Sequence record: OR413578.1
Direction: 5' to 3' (one strand)
Length of the DNA: 64,000 nucleotides
Shown one piece after another: positions 18,063-27,500 of the stretch. A program made the position numbers and the translations under genes. The notes beneath the pieces were generated by a model, which ran no database searches, was not told the origin of the DNA, and was given only the letters and a program-made list of their open reading frames with translations. The number at the start of each line of letters is the position of its first letter. Position 1 is the first letter of the stretch.

Positions 18063-18452
18063 ATGAAAAACAAACTGCGTCCGCTGGACGTGATTATGGC
18101 GCATCCGGATACCCTCAAGAAAATTAAAGTGGTCAATGAACTTGACCGTGGTCTCCTGGATACTATTCAATGGGGTTTTACTTTCCACCCCGATGAAGAG
18201 AACAACACGCGTCAATTAGATGTCTGCGACGGCGTAGAAATCGATTGGTCTTCTAACGAAGGCTTCAACGATGTCGTCGATTATGTCAAACAAGCCACCG
18301 TTCCACCTGTGTTTCCCGTAGCTGGTTTAGCGGAACACACAATTTCTCTCCGCCGACTGGTTAACGCTCAACCAGAAATCGTGCGTGAAGGCGAAGCGTG
18401 GACGTCAGGCATTACCCATCATCTTAAGGATGTGCTGGGTGTTGCCGGTTAA
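18063..18452 (+). CDS. Hypothetical protein
   Basis: 129 aa; SD AAGGAG. Confidence 0.8.
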   Translation: MKNKLRPLDVIMAHPDTLKKIKVVNELDRGLLDTIQWGFTFHPDEENNTRQLDVCDGVEIDWSSNEGFNDVVDYVKQATVPPVFPVAGLAEHTISLRRLVNAQPEIVREGEAWTSGITHHLKDVLGVAG

Positions 18453-18462
18453 AAAAGAAGAA

Positions 18463-18486
18463 GTACCTCTACTCACGTAGAGGTAC
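18463..18486. terminator. Bidirectional terminator
   Basis: GTACCTCTAC-TCAC-GTAGAGGTAC flanked by A- and T-tracts, between convergent genes. Confidence 0.8.
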
Positions 18487-18503
18487 GGAATCTTTCTTTT
18501 TTG

Positions 18504-19316
18504 TTACGACTTGAAGCGTCCACCGTTCATGTAGTTCCAACGGTTTCCGATGTTGTCGTTGTGGACCAGACAACGTTGCATTTTCGGCAAGGTGTCTTCG
18601 AACATTTGACCCGCGTCCGAGTAACCTTCAATAACGTTTCTGAAGGCACCGAACTCCATACCATTTTCCAGTTTACCGGAGTCCATGTCGAAGATCATGG
18701 TGTTGTAAATATATTGCTTAACAGCCATGACTGCCAGCTCACCTACAACCGGATAGAATGCCGGTTTGATTTCGTTCATCTCCTGGGATAGTTCGTACTT
18801 CACCACGAGTTTGGTAGAGTAAACGAACATGCCTGGGTCTTTGATACGGATGGTATTCGGGCCGAGTACCTCGACCTCTGGTGAGGCGATACGTGGCATC
18901 GCCGACTGACTATCAACCACTTGTTGGGTGGATGCTAATACGCCAGAGGTGGCACCGTCCAGATATGAACCTGCGGGAGGCATGGTGTACGCCTGTCCGG
19001 CAACGGGTGTTACAGAAATGTGGGCATCCAGAATAGGACGACCGCCTGTTTTGATGTCGTCGAGATAATACACGCGACTGAAATAATCTTGCGTGTCGTT
19101 ATCCCAAGGGACACCTTGCAAATCTACTTCTTGATACTGCCCCATTCTGGAGATTTCAGGGACCAGAATCTCACGAATAACACGTTGTTGGATTTCGTTA
19201 TCTACAGAGCTTGCAATTCCCAGTAACTTGAGGTTTTCTGGAACAAAAGCCGCCTGTAGAATCGGGGCAGGAATATGCTGTCTGATTTTACGCAGACAGT
19301 AGTCGATAACATTCAT
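18504..19316 (-). CDS. Conserved hypothetical (possibly virion) protein
   Basis: Start moved to MNVIDY (SD GGAG 7 nt upstream); 270 aa. Confidence 0.75.
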   Translation of the reverse strand: MNVIDYCLRKIRQHIPAPILQAAFVPENLKLLGIASSVDNEIQQRVIREILVPEISRMGQYQEVDLQGVPWDNDTQDYFSRVYYLDDIKTGGRPILDAHISVTPVAGQAYTMPPAGSYLDGATSGVLASTQQVVDSQSAMPRIASPEVEVLGPNTIRIKDPGMFVYSTKLVVKYELSQEMNEIKPAFYPVVGELAVMAVKQYIYNTMIFDMDSGKLENGMEFGAFRNVIEGYSDAGQMFEDTLPKMQRCLVHNDNIGNRWNYMNGGRFKS

Positions 19317-19479
19317 TCTAAGGCTCCTATGAAGCTCGTAGGACAACTCATACCATCGGGTAATGCTATCCCATTACCTGACATTAAAATACGTTTTACG
19401 ACCTTTATGTGCGCACCATACTCGAAGAAATTTTGCATAGATATTATCTTCGTGAATTATCCTTAAGGAGCATTTCTCG

Positions 19480-19800
19480 ATGACGCGCATGTTCTTTAAT
19501 TTCTCTCCAGGGACAAATGAACAGATTGTGCCTGCGGACATGTTACTGTGCGCGATACAAGAAGTCATTTATCCCGGCACGCATGAGTTTCCACGTGAGT
19601 GGACACGCATTGCCGAAAGTTATTTTGGCACGGAAGCGTGGTTTGTTATTTCGGCGTTGGGCCGAAACCATCGCTATCCCTTTCATTACAAAAATGGAGT
19701 TGTGCAAACGTGGTCAGAATATACCTCGAACCAGCTGCGGTTCATTCTAGCTTCTGGGGGCCTGTCGATGCTTCCCAGTACGCTACCGCTCTGCGGATGA
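19480..19800 (+). CDS. Hypothetical protein
   Basis: 106 aa; SD AAGGAG; AGATATTATCT motif at 19439. Confidence 0.75.
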   Translation: MTRMFFNFSPGTNEQIVPADMLLCAIQEVIYPGTHEFPREWTRIAESYFGTEAWFVISALGRNHRYPFHYKNGVVQTWSEYTSNQLRFILASGGLSMLPSTLPLCG

Positions 19801-20360
19801 GCCAAAAAGAACGCGAGATGTTAACTGTACAACTGTTACACACTGCGCTCGAAGATATCTTTTACTCCGTTCCGGAAATGCCTAATGCACGTATGGAACC
19901 TTTGCTGGAACCTTATACTGACGCTTTTAATCTCACGATGATGTTGGTGGCTGACCAGATCATACTTCCACCGAAAACAGTTCCTGTGGAACGTACACAC
20001 GTTTCCAGTGGCGGTTTGGGTACTCCGGTTAATAAGACGAAAGAGACCGTAGCGATTTTACGTTCTACCGAATATCTTATCGGATTAGCATTCGAAGACT
20101 GTTACAACAGTTTCCTGGACAGTATCCATGCGCTTGTGGAGAATGCTGTGAAAGCCGCCAAACACCCGTTTAATCGTTATGCGACGATTAAACTGGAACC
20201 ACACATAACCCGTCGTGGGCAGGTGCAATCTCTGGAGTTACAAATTGGAGAAGACATCAGATTCATCCACTACCGCCAATGCTTCCCAAACAAACGATAT
20301 CGTCCGTCTGGTACTGATCGATCACATTGCCTCGACGGCATACGTCAGGATATTGAATGA
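19797..20360 (+). CDS. Hypothetical protein
   Basis: ATGA overlap with the previous stop gives a 187-aa start (MSQKERE). Confidence 0.7.
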   Translation: MSQKEREMLTVQLLHTALEDIFYSVPEMPNARMEPLLEPYTDAFNLTMMLVADQIILPPKTVPVERTHVSSGGLGTPVNKTKETVAILRSTEYLIGLAFEDCYNSFLDSIHALVENAVKAAKHPFNRYATIKLEPHITRRGQVQSLELQIGEDIRFIHYRQCFPNKRYRPSGTDRSHCLDGIRQDIE

Positions 20361-20682
20361 CCCCAGCGACATCATGTTCAGCATGTATGATGTTAACACG
20401 GGGTTGAAGCATATCATTCTCTGTATGCTCGAATACATGATTCCGACATTTACAGAACACGGTGCGTGGGACACAGAAACAGTCTCACTGATTGTTAGGT
20501 GTTATCGTCCCAGAAGTCATTCGCGGGAAATCCACACCATCGCGTCACACGTTCATCGTGCTATCTGTGAGGAAATGGGCATTCCTCCAAAAGGGTATCG
20601 GTATCATTATAATCAAGCAGACAGAATTCTCCGTTTCATTCCACGTAAGGTAACAGATGTCTATGATGACGGTTTATACTGA
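20245..20682 (+). CDS. Hypothetical protein overlapping the previous gene
   Basis: In-frame TTG at 20245 with GGAG 7 nt upstream; start uncertain. Confidence 0.6.
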   Translation: MEKTSDSSTTANASQTNDIVRLVLIDHIASTAYVRILNDPSDIMFSMYDVNTGLKHIILCMLEYMIPTFTEHGAWDTETVSLIVRCYRPRSHSREIHTIASHVHRAICEEMGIPPKGYRYHYNQADRILRFIPRKVTDVYDDGLY

Positions 20683-21064
20683 GTTCGTGCGATTGACTTG
20701 CCGACTCACCGCACTCGTCAAAGAGAATCTCGGCATCGATTACCAGGATGCTGCGGTAGAGCTTGACGACTATATCGAGCAAATTGTTCGGTTGCATGTT
20801 CTGCGGAAAAAATATGGCGTTATCGATAGCATGATACGCCAGTTCTTTATGGAGTATGTTCACGATAACCCAATCATTACTCCAACCACGTCGGCAAAAT
20901 ACTGGGCTCTTTGTCGATTTGAGTTGTTGATACGGGACACCGATTGCATCTGGCAAGCAATCGACGAGGACATGACTTTTTTACCACAATCCGACTTTCT
21001 CCTCTGGCATGTAGGAGACGGTGTCTGGAAAATGTTAACTACAGGGGTTACTTACAATGATTGA
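20657..21064 (+). CDS. Hypothetical protein
   Basis: 135 aa; part of an overlapping operon. Confidence 0.7.
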   Translation: MSMMTVYTEFVRLTCRLTALVKENLGIDYQDAAVELDDYIEQIVRLHVLRKKYGVIDSMIRQFFMEYVHDNPIITPTTSAKYWALCRFELLIRDTDCIWQAIDEDMTFLPQSDFLLWHVGDGVWKMLTTGVTYND

Positions 21065-21566
21065 GCGATCTCATTTTTATATCCCCGGCTATCAGTTATT
21101 GGCTGGGCCGTTAACGGAGTTTTCGCCAAACGATGTGCTCCGCGAAGTGAATGACGATTTGAACTCGATAATCAATACCGCCATGAGCTTCGTGGAACGT
21201 GGAACCATTGGTAGTGAGTTAAAGTTTATGATGAACAATACCTTTGGGTTTGTTTCTCGTACACTGAACGCCCATGGTGTTGTGTTGGAAAATGAGCAAG
21301 TAATCACCTACGGCACCGCAATTCAAAACATCGGTCGTGCGTATATGACCGCCGTATCGCAGTCTCCTTATTGGTTTACTCACTACGGTCGTTGGGTCGG
21401 TGCACAATACACAACGCGCAATCCGGCGGATGTCGAATTCTTATTAGACTATAATGGTGGTGATAAATTCCCACAGTTTGCCAGCCAGGAAGCGTACGAG
21501 CGCATTACCCCACAGCTTCTGCCTGTTATCGATTTGCTTATCGGTAATCTCGGAGGTCGTGTATGA
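21057..21566 (+). CDS. Hypothetical protein
   Basis: 169 aa; translationally coupled. Confidence 0.75.
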   Translation: MIERSHFYIPGYQLLAGPLTEFSPNDVLREVNDDLNSIINTAMSFVERGTIGSELKFMMNNTFGFVSRTLNAHGVVLENEQVITYGTAIQNIGRAYMTAVSQSPYWFTHYGRWVGAQYTTRNPADVEFLLDYNGGDKFPQFASQEAYERITPQLLPVIDLLIGNLGGRV

Positions 21567-22051
21567 GCGTTCTGTTTGATGTGGCGGATATTGCGAACCA
21601 ATATAGCGCGACTCGGTTTTACGAGCACGTTCGCGAAGCAGCATTGCGTGTATTGGAAGCCAGTAACCTGGAGATTGATGAAACGCAGATACGTGATTTT
21701 TATCAACGTTTTGCGTTTGCGTATATCATCGGTGTGAAAACTCGTGACCCATCGACAATGGTTGATTTGTTACAGGAAGACACGCTTGAACCTCTGGGCA
21801 ATTGGGAGTTGGTGACCGATGGTCTGTCCGTTGACCAGTTCGCTAAAGAAACGTCTGTCGATACGACGTTTCTGGCAGCACAAGGTTCGCCCGAACAACA
21901 TCAAGCTGCCTTCGGCGCTGCGGTAAGTTTGTTGGTCGAAGAGTTAACAAACTTAACTGGTTTCGCTGGATTGATAGAGTCGCTGTATCCGGGTCGATAT
22001 CAAACGTATGTAGGTGATAGTTTTAACGATGTGGTGTTAATCTGCGAATGA
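21563..22051 (+). CDS. Hypothetical protein
   Basis: 162 aa; ATGA overlap, SD GGAGG. Confidence 0.8.
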   Translation: MSVLFDVADIANQYSATRFYEHVREAALRVLEASNLEIDETQIRDFYQRFAFAYIIGVKTRDPSTMVDLLQEDTLEPLGNWELVTDGLSVDQFAKETSVDTTFLAAQGSPEQHQAAFGAAVSLLVEELTNLTGFAGLIESLYPGRYQTYVGDSFNDVVLICE

Positions 22052-22479
22052 AACTGTACATGACCATAGGCGAAGTCTTCAAATATGAGTCGTTGTTGGC
22101 ACGGGCCGAGATTGCTGATACTAGCGAGATCGAGCCCGCTGTCGCTTATTTGTTTCTGGCCAGTTACGCCGAATTAACGGTTCGTTCTATTGTTAATGGG
22201 CTAGGTAAGGGTAAGAACTTTCTTACTTTTATTCCCCCAGACCCTGCGTTGATACTGGAACAGTTGCGCGGGATGTGGGGTACTGAAAAGGTGCTGCCTC
22301 TAAACTGCTACAGCATGAGCAGTGGGATTAAGGATGATGTTCGGTTCTATGAAATCCTTTCCGTGATAGAACGTGTGTGGGGCATGGCTGGCTTGACTCC
22401 AGAAGACGGAGCAAAAAAGACAAAGGTTTCACTCCTTATGAATGAAATTGGCAACGCACTCATCTGTGTTGAATGTTAA
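22048..22479 (+). CDS. Hypothetical protein
   Basis: 143 aa; ATGA overlap. Confidence 0.75.
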   Translation: MKLYMTIGEVFKYESLLARAEIADTSEIEPAVAYLFLASYAELTVRSIVNGLGKGKNFLTFIPPDPALILEQLRGMWGTEKVLPLNCYSMSSGIKDDVRFYEILSVIERVWGMAGLTPEDGAKKTKVSLLMNEIGNALICVEC

Positions 22480-22488
22480 GGAGTACGA

Positions 22489-23088
22489 ATGATCTACAAG
22501 GTGATCGCCAACCACTTGATTAATGTGGACTTGGGGGTCGTGGGGTATCTTCCGGACGGTATGCGGTTTTTGGATTTGGTGGTTGACACCGTAGTCCGCC
22601 TGCCGCGTATCACCGTGGAGATACCCGTAAAAGAATTGGACCAGGACGAGATACACGAACTTATACGTGAAACGCTGACTAGCTATACGTACGAGTTTCG
22701 TTGCATGTTGCCTCGCACCGACCTTACGTTCTTGCACGACTTCTTTACGTTACTGACTGACGAGTACCGTCGGTGGAAGTTTAATGTTGCAATGGAAGCC
22801 AGCACTGAGTCACATTTTAACGGGCTGACACCATTGTTAGATTTAGCGTTGGTGTACAAAGAGCAAGACAGTTCACACTGGGCTACGCTCAAGCACTACA
22901 CGTTGGATCTAATGGCGACCGCCGTAACGGAGGCAGTTATGGCGCATTATGTTGAGCCGGTGAAGATGTTCTTAGAGGCGCATAATGGCGCTATCCGTAC
23001 GTTGGTTCTCAAGGTGGACTTCCCGAAAACACCAGTGACCAATGCTTTGGATATGAGGCTGCTTATTGATGTTCCTGAGGAGGAATAA
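22489..23088 (+). CDS. Hypothetical protein
   Basis: 199 aa; SD AAGGAG. Confidence 0.8.
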   Translation: MIYKVIANHLINVDLGVVGYLPDGMRFLDLVVDTVVRLPRITVEIPVKELDQDEIHELIRETLTSYTYEFRCMLPRTDLTFLHDFFTLLTDEYRRWKFNVAMEASTESHFNGLTPLLDLALVYKEQDSSHWATLKHYTLDLMATAVTEAVMAHYVEPVKMFLEAHNGAIRTLVLKVDFPKTPVTNALDMRLLIDVPEEE

Positions 23089-23498
23089 TGTTCGATTTAC
23101 GCACACTGGTCGCTGGGCAAAAAGTTAACATTGTTTACGACACCCCTTTGAAAGGGCAAGAGACGCGTGTAATTATTCTGGCAACCGGCGTTGGCTACGA
23201 GATGGCCAAAAGTTATATGGATGTGATGGCGGAGCAGAAGAATATCTACTCGTCCATCGTTTCCCAGCCAGAAGATAATGTGAACAAATACACGTATCTG
23301 ATTTTCAAAGGTGTTGACGGCAAACCAAAAGTCGCTGCCGATGCCTGGATTCGTGATGTTCAGATTATCGAAAACACGAAGGTGCGCTTCACCGTCACCC
23401 TGGATAACAAACAGGAGATTGACGACCTTAAACGTGCCCTGGCTGCCAATGGTTTCAATGACGTCGATTTTGAAATCGTTGAGAGTATTGCCGGTTAA
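23088..23498 (+). CDS. Hypothetical protein
   Basis: 136 aa; TAATG overlap, SD GAGGAGG. Confidence 0.8.
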   Translation: MFDLRTLVAGQKVNIVYDTPLKGQETRVIILATGVGYEMAKSYMDVMAEQKNIYSSIVSQPEDNVNKYTYLIFKGVDGKPKVAADAWIRDVQIIENTKVRFTVTLDNKQEIDDLKRALAANGFNDVDFEIVESIAG

Positions 23499-23502
23499 AG
23501 TA

Positions 23503-23524
23503 AGCCCACTCTTCGGAGTGGGTT
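23503..23524 (+). terminator. Intrinsic terminator with UUCG loop
   Basis: AGCCCACTC-TTCG-GAGTGGGTT followed by a T-tract. Confidence 0.85.
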
Positions 23525-23591
23525 ATTTTTTTTTCTTTTTTCACGTATCCCGCAAGTCTTATAGCTGAGTAAAAAAACCAAGGGGCCAGAC

Positions 23592-25871
23592 GTGGACTAC
23601 AATTCACCATTTCGTCTTAGTCAAGACGAGTATCATCGCGACATTGACGTTATCGATGCGTACTACGAACAACTGGCGCTCTACATTCATACCGTCACCA
23701 ACGGGAAATATTCTTTGGAGTTCTGTCGACAGCAGGTCGAAGAAATGTTCCAACCTGGTGGTGAGTTAGTACACGAATTCCCCGTGTGTAAGATGTGGGT
23801 GCGCAATCAAAAGACCGGCGATCGCGAAGAAAAATACACCACGGTAGATAAGCTGTTCCGTACAGTGATTGATAAGCAGATTATTTCTGCACCGTCGTTG
23901 ACTTTCTATTTGCCGGAACACGTCAAGCGCTCTAAGCTTGCTGAATTTACCGCAGAGAACGTGCGTAAGCGTGCGGTTGTTAAGAAAGAGATGTACGCAG
24001 CAGGTGCTGCGGGTAATGAAGTTCTGCGTATTAACAAAAAGAACGAACAGAACGCTGTTAAGACGTTGAACAACGGGATGTCGGGTGCATTCTCATCACC
24101 GTACACGGTAATCTTTAACCAGTCTTCGCACTCTGTATTGACGTCAACCTGCCGTACGGCTACATCGTTCGGTAACGCGGGCAACGAACGTCTACTGGGC
24201 GGTAATCGTCACTACGACACGCCGTCCCGTGTTATCGACCACTTACTGTCTATTGGTACACTGACTAACTTTGCGGAGTTCAAGAAGTGTATGGAACTCT
24301 ATAACCTCCACTACCCAACAGTGGACGAGGTTATGGAAGTGGTTATGTACTCTGCAGAGTTTTACTTCCGTAACGACGAAGGGCTGGAGTTCATTCGTCA
24401 TTACGTCGGTAATTGTAGTCCGCTGGTACGTGCAGCGTTTGTCTACATGGGTGACTTCTACCACCTGGCGAAATACAACGATGAATTCATGCGTGGGTTT
24501 ATCGGTGCGCTGATTGCCGAGGAGATGGAAGACGAGATCACCGATTGGGATGCTGCTGAGCGCTCTATCGACGGTGACATGCAGATCATTATCTCGCAGT
24601 TCCGTACTGATATCGTGCCGTTAGGTAAGTCGTTCTCTGACGTTAAACTCAAAGACGAAAACACGAACAAAGCGGAACCGTGGGATAAGCAGGAAAAATA
24701 CAAAGAGCTGATTCGCTCAGCTGTGTATCTGCAGAAAACCATCGGTAAGTACGCGTGCTTGATTCGTAATATCCTGACTACCAAAAACCTGCCGATTAAC
24801 ATTGCCAGGATGCCTGACGTGGTTCGTCGTGTCGGTGTGGTATCTGATACCGACTCCACGATGATGACTGCACAGTGGTGGGCACAGTGGTATACCGGTC
24901 AACATTACGGTCGTGAAGCTACGCGCGTATCGGATGCGATGATTTATATTGCAACCCAGCACTTACGTCATCTGATGGCGAGCATGTCGGCGAACATTGG
25001 CGTGGCGAAAGAGCGTTTGTTCTTGTACGCAATGAAGAACGAATTTAAGTTCGACTCCTTTGCGTTAACCACAAAAGCAAAACACTACTTCTCCATCATC
25101 ACTGGTCAGGAAGGACAATTGAAGTCCGACCCTGAGTTAGAAGTTAAAGGTGTGTCTCTACGTACGTCAAACATACCGCCTGTGGTCATGAAAGAGTTCA
25201 AACGCACGATTAAAGAACTCTGTGAGATTGTAGCGCGCGGCGATAAGATTAAGATTCTGCCTCTGCTGGAAAAGGTTGCTGCAATTGAGCACGTTGTGGT
25301 GGACTCTATTCGTGCTGGTAAAGCAGGCTACCTGAAAACAACCAACGTCAAAGACCGTAGTGCGTACTCTGAAGATGATGAAAAGAGCTACCACTACCAC
25401 CGCATGTACAACGCCATCTTTGGACCGAAGTACGGCTACCTGGACGAACCGCCTTATGACGCCGTGAAACTTCCGGTAAACCTGGAGAACAAAACAGCCG
25501 TTAAAGAGTGGCTGGAAAACATTAAAGACCCGATGATTAAGACCACTGCAACACGGTGGTTCGAAGAGAACAACTATCGCACCTATCGTACTCTGATACT
25601 GCCAGAGTTCTTGGTGGAAAACTTCGGTATTCCTCCGGAGCTGATTGATGCTGCAGACACACGTCGAAGCGCATTCTCCACAGTAGAACCTTACTATCAC
25701 ATCCTGGAATGTCTGGGTGTCTTCATGATGGACAAGAACAGAACTCGTCTGCTTTCGGATTACTACGGCGAGTCCGTAGACTCGGTCAAGGAAGAATTAG
25801 GTAGCGGCGAGTACGTTAAGAAATCTGAACGTGATGGAGAGGAAGAGGATGGGGAAGAAGCGGAGGAGTAA
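23592..25871 (+). CDS. Family-B DNA polymerase, C-terminal catalytic subunit (phiKZ gp50-like)
   Basis: Motif B KTLNNGMSGAF, motif C VSDTDS, TKAKHYF; acidic C-terminal tail; GTG start. Confidence 0.85.
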   Translation: MDYNSPFRLSQDEYHRDIDVIDAYYEQLALYIHTVTNGKYSLEFCRQQVEEMFQPGGELVHEFPVCKMWVRNQKTGDREEKYTTVDKLFRTVIDKQIISAPSLTFYLPEHVKRSKLAEFTAENVRKRAVVKKEMYAAGAAGNEVLRINKKNEQNAVKTLNNGMSGAFSSPYTVIFNQSSHSVLTSTCRTATSFGNAGNERLLGGNRHYDTPSRVIDHLLSIGTLTNFAEFKKCMELYNLHYPTVDEVMEVVMYSAEFYFRNDEGLEFIRHYVGNCSPLVRAAFVYMGDFYHLAKYNDEFMRGFIGALIAEEMEDEITDWDAAERSIDGDMQIIISQFRTDIVPLGKSFSDVKLKDENTNKAEPWDKQEKYKELIRSAVYLQKTIGKYACLIRNILTTKNLPINIARMPDVVRRVGVVSDTDSTMMTAQWWAQWYTGQHYGREATRVSDAMIYIATQHLRHLMASMSANIGVAKERLFLYAMKNEFKFDSFALTTKAKHYFSIITGQEGQLKSDPELEVKGVSLRTSNIPPVVMKEFKRTIKELCEIVARGDKIKILPLLEKVAAIEHVVVDSIRAGKAGYLKTTNVKDRSAYSEDDEKSYHYHRMYNAIFGPKYGYLDEPPYDAVKLPVNLENKTAVKEWLENIKDPMIKTTATRWFEENNYRTYRTLILPEFLVENFGIPPELIDAADTRRSAFSTVEPYYHILECLGVFMMDKNRTRLLSDYYGESVDSVKEELGSGEYVKKSERDGEEEDGEEAEE

Positions 25872-25927
25872 GAATAAGTCACGATCGTGTGTACCACAAA
25901 CAATAACCGTTACGGGGGTGGAAGGGT

Positions 25928-26128
25928 ATGTATCGAAATAGTGGGAAGTCCACAGAGATGATAACCGCAATCCGTCGCGACCTCGAAGAACGGGGTTGCG
26001 TGGATATTGAGTTACATCAGGCAGGCGAAACGGTGCATATCACGGCATTGGATGCCAAACGGAAACGTAGTATCACTGTGTGGGGTAAACCATACGCAAG
26101 TGACCTCACGGAGACGATAAAATACTAG
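25928..26128 (+). CDS. Small hypothetical protein
   Basis: 66 aa; purine-rich SD. Confidence 0.55.
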   Translation: MYRNSGKSTEMITAIRRDLEERGCVDIELHQAGETVHITALDAKRKRSITVWGKPYASDLTETIKY

Positions 26129-26150
26129 ACAGACAAAAAATAAAAAAAAG

Positions 26151-26174
26151 AACTACACACCGAAGTGTGTAGTT
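26151..26174. terminator. Bidirectional terminator
   Basis: AACTACACAC-CGAA-GTGTGTAGTT (UUCG loop on the minus strand) with A- and T-tracts. Confidence 0.8.
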
Positions 26175-26226
26175 TTTGTATATAGTATGAATACTCGAAA
26201 GAGTGTTCGCGAGGAGAGAGTAAGTC

Positions 26227-27294
26227 TTATTTTTCTTCTAGCTCTGTCGTCAACGGGATAATCAAATCCCGTTGGATAAAGTTATAGAAGGATTTGGTCA
26301 GACGTGTGAGGACTTTAGAGTCCACATAACGCGCCAAATCAACCAACATCGTACGTTTATGCTTTTCCATATTCCCCTGGTTGTATTGAAGACAAAACAG
26401 TGCCCAGTACCAGTTCACCATGTTCTGGTGCCAGGTGTTCTGCAGTGTTTGACCTGGTTCTCGAAAGACAATCAGTTCCAGTGCTGTGTGGCCTTCTTCA
26501 TCAGGGTGTTGGAAGAACAATGGGATGTTGTTTAAGACTTGTCCCGGTAACGGGTTGGCAGCCAGTAGTTTACTACGGATGCCTTTTGCGTGCTTCACAG
26601 CTAAAGCTTGAAGCGGCGGAACAGGAATGACACGTAATGTTTCATCCGGTTCAATCTCTTTCCCGAAGGCTATCGCACGATGTATATTTACAAAGGCGAT
26701 ATCCATGTAGCTCGGCAACATGCGAGAGATCACATGTCGTTGGAGATACACAGGTGTGGCAATAGGTTCGGTACCGCGACTGTAGTGCTGCTGACCTTTG
26801 ACATATTGCCAAAGCAAAGCAACCAGGTTGATTTCGATCACCGTAACACCTCGGGGCCGTCCGTCACCGAACTTCCAATTGAGGTTGGTATACTCATGGT
26901 AGAGGTAACGTGCGGGGGTGTAGTCGCGGAACGAAAGGTCTGGATTTACTGGGCGGGCTACGAGAGAGATTACCTCATCTTGGCCCTGGATAAACTTGCT
27001 ATTAAAGATTTGACCGTACTCACCAACAGACGTCAAGCGTAAGGCGTTACCAATCTGAACAAGCTTGCGACGGCAAGCCCATTCGATGTCTTCGTACTCT
27101 GGTTCACCGGCATAGCCGATGGCAGACAACACCTGTTGCAACAAATGGCCATTACCAGCACTGCGATTAAGCTGTTCGTAGTAGTTGCGTATACGCTGGC
27201 TGTTGTTTTTTACGTGAGCCGCTAATGTTATAGCGGAGGGGTCCGTGCTGTGACCCTTTATGGCCACTTGGTTTAACTCGGCTTGGCTGAACAT
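26227..27294 (-). CDS. Conserved hypothetical protein divergent from chimallin (phiKZ gp52-like position)
   Basis: Start moved to MFSQAE (SD AAGGAG); 355 aa; synteny. Confidence 0.7.
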   Translation of the reverse strand: MFSQAELNQVAIKGHSTDPSAITLAAHVKNNSQRIRNYYEQLNRSAGNGHLLQQVLSAIGYAGEPEYEDIEWACRRKLVQIGNALRLTSVGEYGQIFNSKFIQGQDEVISLVARPVNPDLSFRDYTPARYLYHEYTNLNWKFGDGRPRGVTVIEINLVALLWQYVKGQQHYSRGTEPIATPVYLQRHVISRMLPSYMDIAFVNIHRAIAFGKEIEPDETLRVIPVPPLQALAVKHAKGIRSKLLAANPLPGQVLNNIPLFFQHPDEEGHTALELIVFREPGQTLQNTWHQNMVNWYWALFCLQYNQGNMEKHKRTMLVDLARYVDSKVLTRLTKSFYNFIQRDLIIPLTTELEEK

Positions 27295-27346
27295 GGCAGA
27301 CTCCTTAGATTCCACATAGGAAGTCAGTCACAGTCAAAAATATCTC

Positions 27347-27454
27347 AGATTGATATTATCTATGTGACAGTTCCTGAGAAATGTCTGGACTATGTGCCTT
27401 GTAAGTAAGCGACGGCGTACTTGCATTCCATGAAATTACAGGCAGATATTATCT
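27347..27454 (+). promoter_or_regulatory. Two copies of the GATATTATCT motif upstream of chimallin
   Basis: TGATATTATCT 27351-61 and AGATATTATCT 27444-54. Confidence 0.55.
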
Positions 27455-27500
27455 CTGCGAACCGAACTATGATTGCAATCACTATTAAGGAATATTTAAA

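Noticed and set aside
25928-26128. Walker A-like RNSGKST in the 66-aa ORF
   Set aside because: The protein is too short for a P-loop domain and has no Walker B.
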